The notes below the pieces were generated by a model that saw nothing but the letters and a program-made list of their open reading frames with translations, ran no database searches and was not told where the DNA came from. A DNA stretch of 64,000 nt from Eledone cirrhosa (taxonomy: Eukaryota): positions 264,678,001 through 264,742,000 of the forward strand of contig OZ024742.1 of assembly GCA_964016885.1 (NCBI GenBank), in the 5' to 3' direction. Positions 49,269 through 62,320 of the stretch are shown here, in pieces. Made by a program: the position numbers and the translations under genes. The first letter of the stretch is position 1, and every line of letters begins with the position of its first letter.

Positions 49269-50012
49269 TATATATATATATATTATACACGCACACACTT
49301 GCTTTTGTACTATATATTTAGATTAACTTTATTTCAGCATACATTTACTATTAGCACTTTGCATCTCCAATTGATTAAACCAGCAAAATCAGCATTCTTA
49401 TATGATAAATAGGCAAGAAATATTGCTGAAAGGGGATTTTCACATGAAGTTGTATATATCCTGTATTATAACATACAATTTTTCACTTCCACTTTTTCTC
49501 CTTCCATTCCTAATCAATCTGTATTTTGTTATCAGCGTCTTGTAGGGGTGTATTTCACTGCCATCACAAATTTACTTGATACATGTATTTTGTTGATGTG
49601 TTTTGTTTTTGCTACTGCATATGAATTTTGTATTTTTGAAACATAGTCAGTCATATATATGAAATAAGCACTTTGCATTCATAGTAAGTCTTCTTACAAT
49701 CAAATAATTCATATTTATCTTATTACTTCTAAATTATAGGGTTTCTTATTGTCTTGCATCCTTGGCAATAGCAAATGTAGTAAATAAGAAATGAAAATAT
49801 CCAACTATTTTCATCGAAAAGGTGGCAAACCATGTTAATAACATGACTATGAATGGTAAAGAGATTACTGTATTGCTTTCATTGTGGTGATTGTAGTCCT
49901 GGTGGGGTCTTTGTGTTGTGATTGTTGTTTTGATGATTAGTTTCACTCAACACTGGATCTTTAGCACAGTAACATAGAACACATTTTTTCACCAGCTATA
50001 ATGTCAGTATTC

Positions 50013-50052
<40 letters not shown>

Positions 50053-50057
<5 letters not shown>

Positions 50058-50230
50058 AACGAGTAGGACCCCGACGGCTGAGCTCAAGCCGTTTCGACGG
50101 CTAATTCTGGACTAAATTTAGTCCAGAATTAGCCGTCGGGGTCTTACTCATTCCTATTACACACTCTACTACCCTAAGTATTGAGTACTTTGGTGCGTTA
50201 TGGTCCACCTGGTTCCTTACCACATTTCGT
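50053..50230. repeat. Branched fold-back insertion inside (TA)n
   Basis: 27-bp arms 50053-50079 / 50131-50157; perfect 44-bp palindrome 50095-50138; extra hairpin ACGGCT-gagctca-AGCCGT at 50074-50092; ~70-bp unique tail to 50230. Confidence 0.88.
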
Positions 50231-50263
<33 letters not shown>

Positions 50264-50299
50264 GTATATATATATATGTATATATCTATATATATATAT

Positions 50300-50331
<32 letters not shown>

Positions 50332-50338
50332 GTGTGTA

Positions 50339-50385
<47 letters not shown>

Positions 50386-50522
50386 ATATATGTATATATA
50401 TATATATATATATATGTGTATATATATATATACATATATGTATATATGTATATATATATATATATATATATACATATATGTATATATGTATATATATATA
50501 TACATATATGTATATATGTATG

Positions 50523-50553
<31 letters not shown>

Positions 50554-50554
50554 G

Positions 50555-50632
<78 letters not shown>

Positions 50633-50714
50633 CATATATATATGTATATACATATATATATATATATGTATATACATATATATATATATATGTATATACA
50701 TATATATATATGTG

Positions 50715-50802
<88 letters not shown>
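50231..50802. repeat. Compound (TA)n tract with TG/CA interruptions
   Basis: Source of the YI-repeat ORFs. Confidence 0.95.
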
Positions 50803-50804
<2 letters not shown>

Positions 50805-51629
50805 GGCAGGTTGTACGATGCCTGCATACGAACAGCAATGCTGCATGGCAGTGAGACCTGGGCATTGTGTGCAGAGGATATACGCAGACTAGAGAGGAAC
50901 GAAGCTTGCATGCTCCGCTGGATGTGTAACAGTAATATACGTGAACGGCAAAGCATAAACGAACTAAGGAATAAATTAGAGATAAGAGGGATCAGATGTT
51001 GTTTACTCGAGAGAAGGCTACGTTGGTATGGACACGTGATGCGCATGAAAGTCGATAGCTGTATAACAAAGTGCAGGGCAATAAAGATAGACGGTAGTCA
51101 CGGAATAGGCAGACCTAGAAAAACCTGGGACGAGCTGATAAACTCCGACATCACACACTTACACCTCTCCAAGACAATGTCACTGGACCGAGACCTTTGG
51201 CGGTACTCAGTAACAGAGAAGACCCGCCTTACCTAAATATATAGTAAAACCTACTCCAGCCAGTAGGCATCTCTAACAAATACACCCCGTCCCACCACCC
51301 CCACCCGATCCACACCACCCCGTTCTATGTAAAGTTATGTTGGTGCCGCGCCATCGAGGCCGAAACAAATGAGATCGTGTAGGTGTCACGACAAAAAAAC
51401 ACACAGTCCACGCTGTAATGTGGCCGTGTAGGCAACACGGTAAAAACCTCCCAGACCCACACTGTAAATGTGGTTGGTGTTAGGAAGGGCATCCAACTGT
51501 AGAAAACCTGCCAGACAGTCCTATGCGAGCAAGACAATCACTCTTGCCTCAAGTGGGACTACCCCCGTCCAAACCCATGCAAGCGTGGAACACGGACGTT
51601 AAACGCTGATGATGATGATGATGATGATG
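50803..51629 (+). mobile_element. 5'-truncated RTE LINE (subfamily B)
   Basis: [32 protein letters not shown], 3' UTR and (GAT)n. Confidence 0.93.
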
Positions 51630-51634
51630 ATATA

Positions 51635-51665
<31 letters not shown>

Positions 51666-51722
51666 GTATATACATATATATATGTATATACATATATACA
51701 TATATATATGTATATACATATA

Positions 51723-51753
<31 letters not shown>

Positions 51754-51978
51754 GTATATACATATATATATGTATATACATATATACATATATATATGTA
51801 TATACATATATATATATATATATGTATATACATATATATATATATATATGTATATACATATATATATATATATATGTATATACATATATACATATATATA
51901 TGTATATACATATATATATATATATATGTATATACATATATATATATATATGTATATACATATATATATATATATATG

Positions 51979-52012
<34 letters not shown>

Positions 52013-52058
52013 CATATATATATATATATATGTATATACATATATATATATATATATG

Positions 52059-52092
<34 letters not shown>

Positions 52093-52461
52093 CATATATA
52101 TATATATATATGTATATACATATATATATATATGTATATACATATATATATATATGTATATACATATATATATATGTATATACATATATATATATATATA
52201 TGTATATACATATATATATATATATGTATATACATATATATATATATATATGTATATACATATATATATATATATGTATATACATATATATATATATATG
52301 TATATACATATATATATATATATGTATATACATATATATATATATATGTATATACATATATATATATATATGTATATACATATATTTATATATGTGTGTA
52401 TATACATATATTTATATATGTGTATATATATATATATGTATATATGTGCATATATATATAC
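51630..52461. repeat. (TA)n-derived minisatellite of TGTATATACA(TA)n units
   Basis: Palindromic core TGTATATACA repeated with variable TA spacers over ~830 bp. Confidence 0.93.
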
Positions 52462-52598
52462 GGCATGCAGCCGTAGAAAACCCGCCAGACAGTCCTATGT
52501 GAGCAAGACAACCACTCTTGCCTCAAGTGGGAAAACACCCGTCCAAACCCATGCAAGCGTGGAATATGGACGTTAAACGATGATGATGATGATGATGA
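52462..52598 (+). mobile_element. Very short RTE subfamily B 3' end
   Basis: GGCATGCAGCCGTAGAAAACCCGCCAGACAGTCC..GGACGTTAAACGATGATGAT, duplicating the tail at ~51488-51629. Confidence 0.88.
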
Positions 52599-52620
52599 TA
52601 TATATATATATGTATATATG

Positions 52621-53992
52621 TATGGGGTCCACCAGGGCTCTGTTCTTAGCCCTCTCCTGTTCATCATAGTCCTGCAGGCAATAACGGAGGAGTTTAAGAC
52701 CGGATGCCCATGGGAACTCCTGTATGCTGATGACCTCGCACTCATAGCTGAATCTATGGTAGAACTAGAGAATAAATTCCAAACCTGGAAGCAGGGACTA
52801 GAAAGAAAGGGTCTGAAAGTCAACATGACAAAGACTAAGGTCCTTGTAAGTAGACGAGAAAACAGAACCCTTGATCCCCTCAGGGAAATGGCCTTGCTTA
52901 GTATGTAGGAAAGGTGTAGGTAGGAACTCCATTCTCTGCCCCAAATGCAAACAATGGGTACACAAGAGATGTAGCGGGATCTCAGGAAGCTTAATTAACA
53001 ATGTAGGATTCACATGCAGCAGCTGTGCTGAAACAGCAAGCAGCAAACAGCCACAGGAAACAAGTACCACCAATCTCTGGGAGGGCCCTGTAGAAACAGT
53101 AGACAGCTTCTGCTACCTAGGTGACCGAATTAGCAACGGAGGTGGGTGTTCAGGAAGTACAATAACTAGGGTAAGAACGGGATGGAAGAATTTTAGGGAA
53201 CTACTACCACTGCTAGCTGCAAAAGGCTTCTCCCTCAGAATGAAAGGCAGACTGTATGATGCGTGTATCCGAACAGCGATGTTGCATGGTAGTGAGACCT
53301 GGGCGCTGAAGGTGGAAGACTTACGTAGATTAGAGAGAAACGAAGCCTGCATGCTCCGATGGATGTGTAACAGTAATATACGTGAACGACAAAGCATAAA
53401 TGAATTGAGAGAGAGACTGAGCATAAGAGGAATCAAATGCTGTGTGCAGGAGAGGCGGTTGCGCTGGTATGGACATGTGATGCGTATGAAGGATGACAGC
53501 TGCATAAAAAGGTGCAGAGCACTAGAAGTTGATGGAAACCGCGGAGTGGGCAGACCCAAGATGACCTGGGATGAGGTGATAAAAGCCGACCTTACCCAAC
53601 TACACCTCTCAAAGACAATGACACACGACCGTGACTTCTGGTGTCACGCAGTAATACAGAGTACCCGACCTCCCATGGGTACATGCTGAAGCATATAAAC
53701 AATATGACCCCACACACCCCACCCCAAGGTGGTCGTGGAGGTGCCACGGCAAAAAAGCACCCAGCCCACACTGTAAAGTGGACGTGTAGGCGCCACGAAA
53801 AAGCACCCAGCACTCACTGTAAATGAGGTTGGTGTTAGGAAGGGCATCCAGCTGTAGAAATCAAGCCAGATCAGTTCCTGTATGAGCAAGGCATGGTCAG
53901 CCGACCAGACACTGCACACAACAGGACAACCCGTCTAACCCATGCTAGCGTGGAAGAACGGACGTAAAACGGTGATGATGATGATGATGATG

Positions 53993-53997
<5 letters not shown>
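52621..53997 (+). mobile_element. Young 5'-truncated RTE LINE (subfamily A)
   Basis: GVHQGSVLSPLLF, LLYADDL, PHD-like finger, ..RPPMGTC*; one frameshift near 52870; nearly identical to the reverse complement of 36591-37960. Confidence 0.95.
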
Positions 53998-54960
<963 letters not shown>

Positions 54961-55137
54961 CTAAAACAAAGAGATATTGCCTATAATTTGTACGTCTATC
55001 GTACAGACAGATATATGTCTATAATTTAATTGATATGTCCAAAATAAAGATACATTGTCTATAATCAATAGGTGTAACCTATGACTGAGATAAATGACGT
55101 TATTTTGTATATTATAGTCTGTATGTCATATTTTTAA

Positions 55138-55365
55138 CCCTTTCGTTACCGTGTTTCCAATTAAATAACACTGTGTGTGTTTTATATAATCATCAAAAAA
55201 TTGGAGGAATTTAATAAAATAATTGTCCTTTTCATTATTACACTGCTGTTAAGAACATTACTCAATACAACATTTGTTTAAAACAATGTTTTAATATCAA
55301 TAAGAACATTTTAAAATGGGTATCATAAAACCAAGATGGTTTCAGATGGTTTGGTATCAAAAGGG
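55138..55365. mobile_element. piggyBac-like MITE
   Basis: TTAA duplication (55134-55137, 55366-55369) around imperfect TIRs CCCTTTCGTTACC / GGTATCAAAAGGG. Confidence 0.75.
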
Positions 55366-55959
55366 TTAATTCAGAAATTTTCTACAGTAAGATGGCTCTT
55401 GTAGAGAAGTGGTGCATGTAATGATTTTTAAGAAGTGTTTATGAAAAAAAGAAGTTTGGCATGAATGACAAATCCATTAATGGATAGAATGGATAGAATG
55501 GCATGTTACTAGAAGAAACATAGTAAATCCACCATCAAGGTATTTTGAAATAATGAAAATGTCTCTTGACCCTAATGGAGCTTTTAACGTATAGTGGTAA
55601 GCTCTGGTTTTATAGCAGGAAGTAGGGGAGAGAGAAAGCTGCTTTTGAATAGAACATCAATCTATCACATGTAACATTATAGCGTTATCTAGTATCTATT
55701 TCAAATAGTTAGATTAATTGAAATACTGTAAGGTTCTTTTCCCCAGAGACACAAGGAAACACCTGTAGTATATTTCAATTGACCTAAAAGCAGGTAGTCC
55801 AGTACCTTCATTGGTTTTGTTAAGCATTGTCCAATGTTAGTTTTGAAATAATTATTTGTCATTGAAGGTTAGTTGATCAGTCATGCCTAATGGATTCTAG
55901 TGCAATGGTGTTCATAAAATACAAGACAAATCTCAGCATTTATAAGATACTAACTTGAA

Positions 55960-56200
55960 TTAGTATGTTTGAATCACAATCGATAGTTCGATTCCCAGCG
56001 ACGCGTTGTATCCTTGAGCAAGACATTTTATTTCAGCTGGCAAAAACAAATTGTACTTGTGATTCAAAATCTCCAGGAGAACTGCCTTAACGGTATACGT
56101 GTCCGTGGAATGCCCAATCATTGATTCTTTAATTTCATGAGTAGATGGTGTCGTTGATCAAACATCAGAAACACACTTAGTTGGAACCGACGGAGTGCCA
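55960..56200 (+). mobile_element. Degenerate tRNA-derived SINE
   Basis: AGTTCGATTCC box B and CCTTGAGCAAGACATTTTATTTCA core; related pieces at ~10545-10640 and ~10760-10862 (-). Confidence 0.6.
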
Positions 56201-56664
56201 AAAGACACGTCTTATTACAACCGAACTCAGTCACATTTGTAACAGCAAAGCAAAAGGAACCAAACAGCTTTAGGCAACACTCTTTAAGAAACGTTTTACC
56301 TCATAAAAAAAAAGTTATATGAACTCATTCTAATTCTACTCAATATCAGTAGTAGCTCACACGCACACACACACATACACCCGTACACACATATGCGTAT
56401 ACACACACTTTTGAAACTGAAACATCATAAATCACAGCTGTGAGCTTCACATTTCTGATCTTCCAGAAACGCTAAAAAATAAATAAGTTCTTATATTTAT
56501 GTACAAAATAAACAGCTATCAAATGTAAGATATCAAAAATGTTGATTCACGGTGACAGAGGATGTTAGCTGAAAAACAAGTATTTAGAATGCAAAGACTA
56601 TTGAATATTTCTCAGCAGTGCAAAGATTACAAATTTATATATTATTATCATTGTTGTCATCCGT

Positions 56665-56888
56665 TAGGGCGGTGGATTAGCAGTGTCGGTAGAGCATCAG
56701 ACACCTTGCTTGGCAGCATAAAGTTATGGTCCTTTACGTTCTGATTTAAAATCCCGCCGAGGTTATCTTTGCCTTTCATCCTTACGGGTCGATAAAATAA
56801 AGCACCAGTAATGCACTGGGGTCTATTTAATCCACTTAATCCTCCCCTTCAAATTGATGGCCTTATACCTAAAGTAGAAACAATTATT
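56665..56888 (+). mobile_element. SINE family 3 copy
   Basis: GGGCGGTGGATTAGCAGTGTCGGTAGAGC head, CCCGCCGAGGTTATCTTTGCCTTTCATCCTTACGGGTCGATAAAA core; other copies at 59192-59380 (-) and 62795-62990 (+). Confidence 0.8.
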
Positions 56889-57230
56889 GGCATCCGTCGG
56901 TCTCAAAAGACCAAGGTTCTGCGCCTGGAGAATTTTGTGTCAGCTGCTGATGGTGGTGCAGTGTTTGCAGTGGCTGTACAGGCCCACACGGGTGTGCCAG
57001 TATACAACGACTGCATTTGAAGAGGCTCTCCTCCGGTGCTACTGGGTTGTTCTTCTTTCGAGCACGCTTTTTCTCGGATGTAAGTTTCAGTTTCTCTTTC
57101 CCTCTCCCTCTCCCCATCCCCTTGCACAGTACTTGTCTCCATTGTGGGCGATCATTAGCGACCTCCTCTCATCTCTGGATGTCTGATCAATTGACTTCAT
57201 ATCCCCACTACAGACGTCTTTGAAACGGAG
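56888..57230 (-). mobile_element. RTE (BovB-like) 3' fragment
   Basis: RFKDVC..DMKS..ANDRPQWRQ..EKKRARKK..FKCSRC..GLYSH across frameshifts; 3' UTR ..GGTCTTTTGAGACCGACGGATGCCA. Confidence 0.7.
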
Positions 57231-57249
57231 ATGAGGTTGTCTTCGTGCT

Positions 57250-58905
57250 CTTGTGCTAGTGGCCAGTTTCCCATACGAATCGGTCCATCAAAGGTGCCCT
57301 ATCTTCTTCCTTCTGTACTTACTGACACCTGAGCCTCTACCGTGGAGGCAGGAGCTGTTGCAGGGCATCTCGCTCGAACCGAAACATGGAAAGACTGCGT
57401 CGGTATATGCACATGACATTACCATTATGGTGTCGAACACCTCGGAAACCGAGGTGGTCGACACCTTTATGAGGAATATGAAAGGTTGACGAGAGCAAAA
57501 CTGAACCCGGAAAAGTCAGTGGGTCTGCAGCTCGGCACCTGGAGAGGTAAATCCAGGCCATACAGAAACGTCATTGGATGCTGGATGGACGAACTGGTGA
57601 GCTTGCTCGGGGTCTGGTCCAGACCAGACCTCCAGGTGGATAAGAACTGGAATGAGGTAACGAGCAGGGTAGCCACTTTCACCCAGAAATGGGCCGAGAG
57701 GAACCTATTCCCGAAAGATCGGGTGGAAGCAGTGAGGCATCTTCTATTACCATCTGAACGTCATCCCTTGCCTCCGTTCGTACTTCACCAAATTAGAACG
57801 CCAGCTCTTCAACTTCTTGTGGAAAGGACAGGTTCCATTGGTGAGGCTGTCCATCTGCTGCCAGCACCCGCTACGTGGAGAGCTGGATATGCCGTGGGTA
57901 ATGATGCACAAACAAGAGCTGAGGATACGGCATTTTTTGATATTCTTAAACAGTGAACAGTTGAGGTCGCCGTTTGATGTTTCCTCAGCTCGTCTCTTTG
58001 ATTGAACTGCAATCCTAGGTCAAGAAGTGACCGTGACTGGAATATTGCCAAGTGCTCACAGCCCTCTACCGGGTGGGTAATGCGGTCTGTGGAAATTCCA
58101 CTCTAGAATTTTATAGAGGATTAGTGGTGGACAAGTGCGACGATGCTTTTGGAGAAGCTCTGGGTGTCTGTCCCGGAAGACTTTTGATCCCGAGATTATG
58201 GATAACTTCCAGAAATCTCTCGCTTGGTAGTGCTACTGGGGAGCACTGCCGTTTCGAGATAAACTCTACCGACACGGAAGTGCGGTCAGACGAGATGCGC
58301 GCAGAGCAACGAAACTGCTATGTGTCTGCGTATTACTGTCTTGTGGAGTTATGTCGAACAGCTGTTGTCGCGTGTAGGACGGATCCGGCTATCAACAGAG
58401 TCCATCATGAAGATTGCCCCACCGTCTTCTTTTAGCCGAGAAGGGCAACCAGTTTTCCTCTGTCTGGTGGCTGTAGCGAAAGAGGTTTTGTGGTGGACGA
58501 GGCTGAAAGGACTGAAGACAGACACTTTTCTCTTCGGCCAATCCCTCATCAACTTTTTCAAGTTTTAATTGGAAAGGAAGTTGCGGGTGGAGAGGGAAGT
58601 GCCCTTCCCTAATACATTTGCTAAAAGTAGGGTGAATGTTGCGAGAATGGCCAGTGTGAATGGGCCTACTATGACCATGTGCCTGTAGACTGGCTGATTT
58701 GGAGAGGAGAGGGGTGCTCTCGAAGCGTCGGGTGGTTCAGGATTGGTGGAGTTCCTGAGTCACCACTGGGTGGTTCTCCCCTATTGGGGAATTTGTATTG
58801 TATTTGTTTTTTTTTTTTATATTACTCGATTTTTCGGTAAAACCCCATTGTCCCTGTCTTTTATTTTGTCCCCTATATATCGACCCTTGTGGCCAATAAA
58901 GAAAT
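57250..58905 (+). mobile_element. Tx1/L1-clade LINE, RT to 3' end, ending in (ATT)n(AGT)n
   Basis: SVYAHDITIMVS, AKLNPEKSVGLQLGTWRGK, PDLQVDKNW, FLCLVAVAKEVLWWTR; homologous to 21830-22905; ends CCCTTGTGGCCAATAAAGAAATTATTATT. Confidence 0.9.
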
Positions 58906-58929
58906 TATTATTATTATTATTATTATTAT

Positions 58930-58967
<38 letters not shown>

Positions 58968-60525
58968 TCCAGAATTTGTGGCTGGATATGATGCACCGTC
59001 TGGAACCCTAAAACTTATATTTAATTTATTTCCAAATTATTGCTCAGCTTAATTTCCAAACAGTAAGTCAATACCTCTATTCACACACACACACGGATAA
59101 TCTAATCTATTCTGTATCCAACCCTATGATATTTTTTGTTTAAAAAATAACACTGCGTATTGAACAAAACGCTCTACTTTACCTGCCTATATAATTGTTT
59201 CTACTTTTGGCACAAGGCCAGCAATTATCCCAGTGTATTACTCGTACTTTATTTTATCGACCCCGTAAGGATGAAAGGCAAAGTTAACCTCAGCGGGATT
59301 TGAATTCAGATCATGAAGTAACTCTTTGTGTAAAGCATGGCGTCCGACCCTCTACCGATACTGCCAATCCACCAGCCTATATAATAACATTATATACCTG
59401 CCTATATAATGTTATTTCGTTTGTCATAGACACAGATTTAAAATTTAAAGTACACACTGCATAAGGAGAACCCTCTATGTCGTCACAGCAAATCTCCCTG
59501 AAAACATACCCTAATAACAACAAATAACATAGCTCAAATTCCTTTCATTATAGGTCTGACTAATTAGGAATAGTCTGTGGTGAAACAACGCGAAGATACA
59601 AGAATCTCTTGCACATAACTAATGAACATTTGGACCCACTGAGATACACACATTACACAAAAAAATTTGCCCCTTATGCACATAGATATGTAGCGATGTT
59701 GATTTTATGTTATTTTTGTTGGTGGTGTGAATGTATATTTGTCCGTTGTTCGGTGGTTTATGTGCATTGTGGTGTGGCAGATTTTGTAGTAGAAGTTAGT
59801 GATTTATGACAAATCAATTGAGTGTGTGAGTCGAGATGTTTGGCTGTACCCGTTGCCATAGTCAGTAGTTGAAAATAAAGCTGCCATTAATAATATCCGA
59901 TGAAAAACAAAAAAATATCGCTACCTTAAACATTTTACTAAGAAAATAACTACGTCGAAGCTATTGTTGACAAAATAGGAAAACAAGGAACCAAGTAAAT
60001 TGTGTGTTATGTTTGTGTGGTTGGTTTGCGAGAATGCAGTAGTAGTCCGACCAGATGCATTGAACTAACCTTTTCAAAGTAACCAACCCTGTCGATAGGG
60101 CTGGAATGTTTGGCTAAGCGCTACATCTCTCTACTGCTTGAGCAACTCGAAGTGATGTCAACCCCAAGTTGACCAGTTTCCCCAGACTACTGGTGCCATC
60201 GCTACAGATACACACATACATGTGTATATATGTACTCTCGACTATACACAATAATTGCATACCTCTATCATATGGGTGAACGAGGGAGCCTCTACAGGGT
60301 CGCTCCACATGCTAAAATAACAGCAAAATCTCCATTAACTCACACCATACTCCCTTAGAAACATACATATGGTATACTATGGTCCAGAGTTCCGTGCATG
60401 TAGGGAAAAGATGGGGGTGGTGTACAATTTCGTGTCGCATAAAAAGTGTAAGGAAATAGCGAGATTATGTAAAAAAATCGTGAACATGTTTCGTGTTTTT
60501 TCCGATCGGGCCGTGAAGGTAGAGA

Positions 60526-62320
60526 CCTCAGACACATCTTCCAATTGAGACCAACCGAGATAGCGTTAAACGTCAGACACATCTTCCAATTGAGACCAAC
60601 CGAGATAGCGTTAAACGTCAGACACATCTTTCAATTGAGACCAACCGAGATAGCGTTAAACCTCAGACATCTTCCAATTGAGACCAACTGAGATAGCGTT
60701 AAACCTCAGACATCTTCCAATTGAGACCAACTGAGATAGTGTTAAACGTCAGACACATCTTTCAATTGAGACCAACCGAGATAGCGTTAAACCTCAGACA
60801 CATCTTTCAATTGAGACCAACCGAGATAGCGTTAAACCTCAGACACATCTTTCAATTGAGACCAACCGAGATAGCGTTAAACGTCAGACACATCTTCCAA
60901 TTGAGACCAACCGAGATAGTGTTAAACCTCAGACACATCTTCCAATTGAGACCAACTGAGATAGCGTTAAACCTCAGACATCTTCCAATTGAGACCAACT
61001 GAGATAGTGTTAAACGTCAGACACATCTTTCAATTGAGACCAACCGAGATAGCGTTAAACGTCAGACACATCTTTCAATTGAGCCAACCGAGATAGCGTT
61101 AAACGTCAGACACATCTTCCAATTGAGACCAACCGAGATAGTGTTAAACGTCAGACACATCTTTCAATTGAGCCAACCGAGATAGCGTTAAACCTCAGAC
61201 ACATCTTCCAATTGAGACCAACCGAGATAGCGTTAAACGTCAGACACATCTTTCAATTGAGACCAACCGAGATAGCGTTAAACGTCAGACACATCTTCCA
61301 ATTGAGACCAATCGAGATAGCGTTAAACGTCAGACACATCTTCCAATTGAGACCAACCGAGATAGCGTTAAACGTCAGACACATCTTTCAATTGAGACCA
61401 ACCGAGATAGCGTTAAACGTCAGACACATCTTTCAATTGAGACCAACCGAGATAGCGTTAAACGTCAGACACATCTTCCAATTGAGACCAACCGAGATAG
61501 CGTTAAACGTCAGACACATCTTCCAATTGAGACCAATCGAGATAGCGTTAAACGTCAGACACATCTTCCAATTGAGACCAACCGAGATATTGTTAAACGT
61601 CAGACACATCTTCCAATTGAGACCAACCGAGATAGCGTTAAACGTCAGACACATCTTTCAATTGAGACCAACCGAGATAGCGTTAAACGTCAGACACATC
61701 TTCCAATTGAGACCAACCGAGATAGCGTTAAACGTCAGACACATCTTCCAATTGAGACCAATCGAGATAGCGTTAAACGTCAGACACATCTTCCAATTGA
61801 GACCAACCGAGATATTGTTAAACGTCAGACACATCTTACAATTGAGACCAACCGAGATAGCGTTAAACGTCAGACACATCTTCCAATTGAGACCAATCAA
61901 GATAGCGTTAAACGTCAGACACATCTTCCAATTGAGACCAACCGAGATAGCGTTAAACGTCAGACACATCTTTCAATTGAGACCAACCGAGATAGCGTTA
62001 AACGTCAGACACATCTTCCAATTGAGACCAACCGAGATAGCGTTAAACGTCAGACACATCTTCCAATTGAGACCAACCGAGATAGCGTTAAACGTCAGAC
62101 ACATCTTCCAATTGAGACCAACCGAGATAGCGTTAAACGTCAGACACATCTTCCAATTGAGACCAATCGAGATAGCGTTAAACGTCAGACACATCTTTCA
62201 ATTGAGACCAACCGAGATAGCGTTAAACGTCAGACACATCTTTCAATTGAGACCAACCGAGATAGCGTTAAACGTCAGACACATCTTTCAATTGAGACCA
62301 ACCGAGATAGCGTTAAACGT
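60526..62320. repeat. 45-bp tandem satellite, ~40 copies
   Basis: Unit TTGAGACCAACCGAGATAGCGTTAAACGTCAGACACATCTT(C/T)CAA, no spacers, very high unit identity. Confidence 0.97.

Noticed and set aside
50181-52576. Long YI/IY-rich ORFs
   Set aside because: Translations of (TA)n tracts; only the RTE part after 50803 is real coding relic.
60526-62320. CRISPR array
   Set aside because: Units are contiguous with no unique spacers, there are no cas genes, and the context is eukaryotic; it is a satellite.
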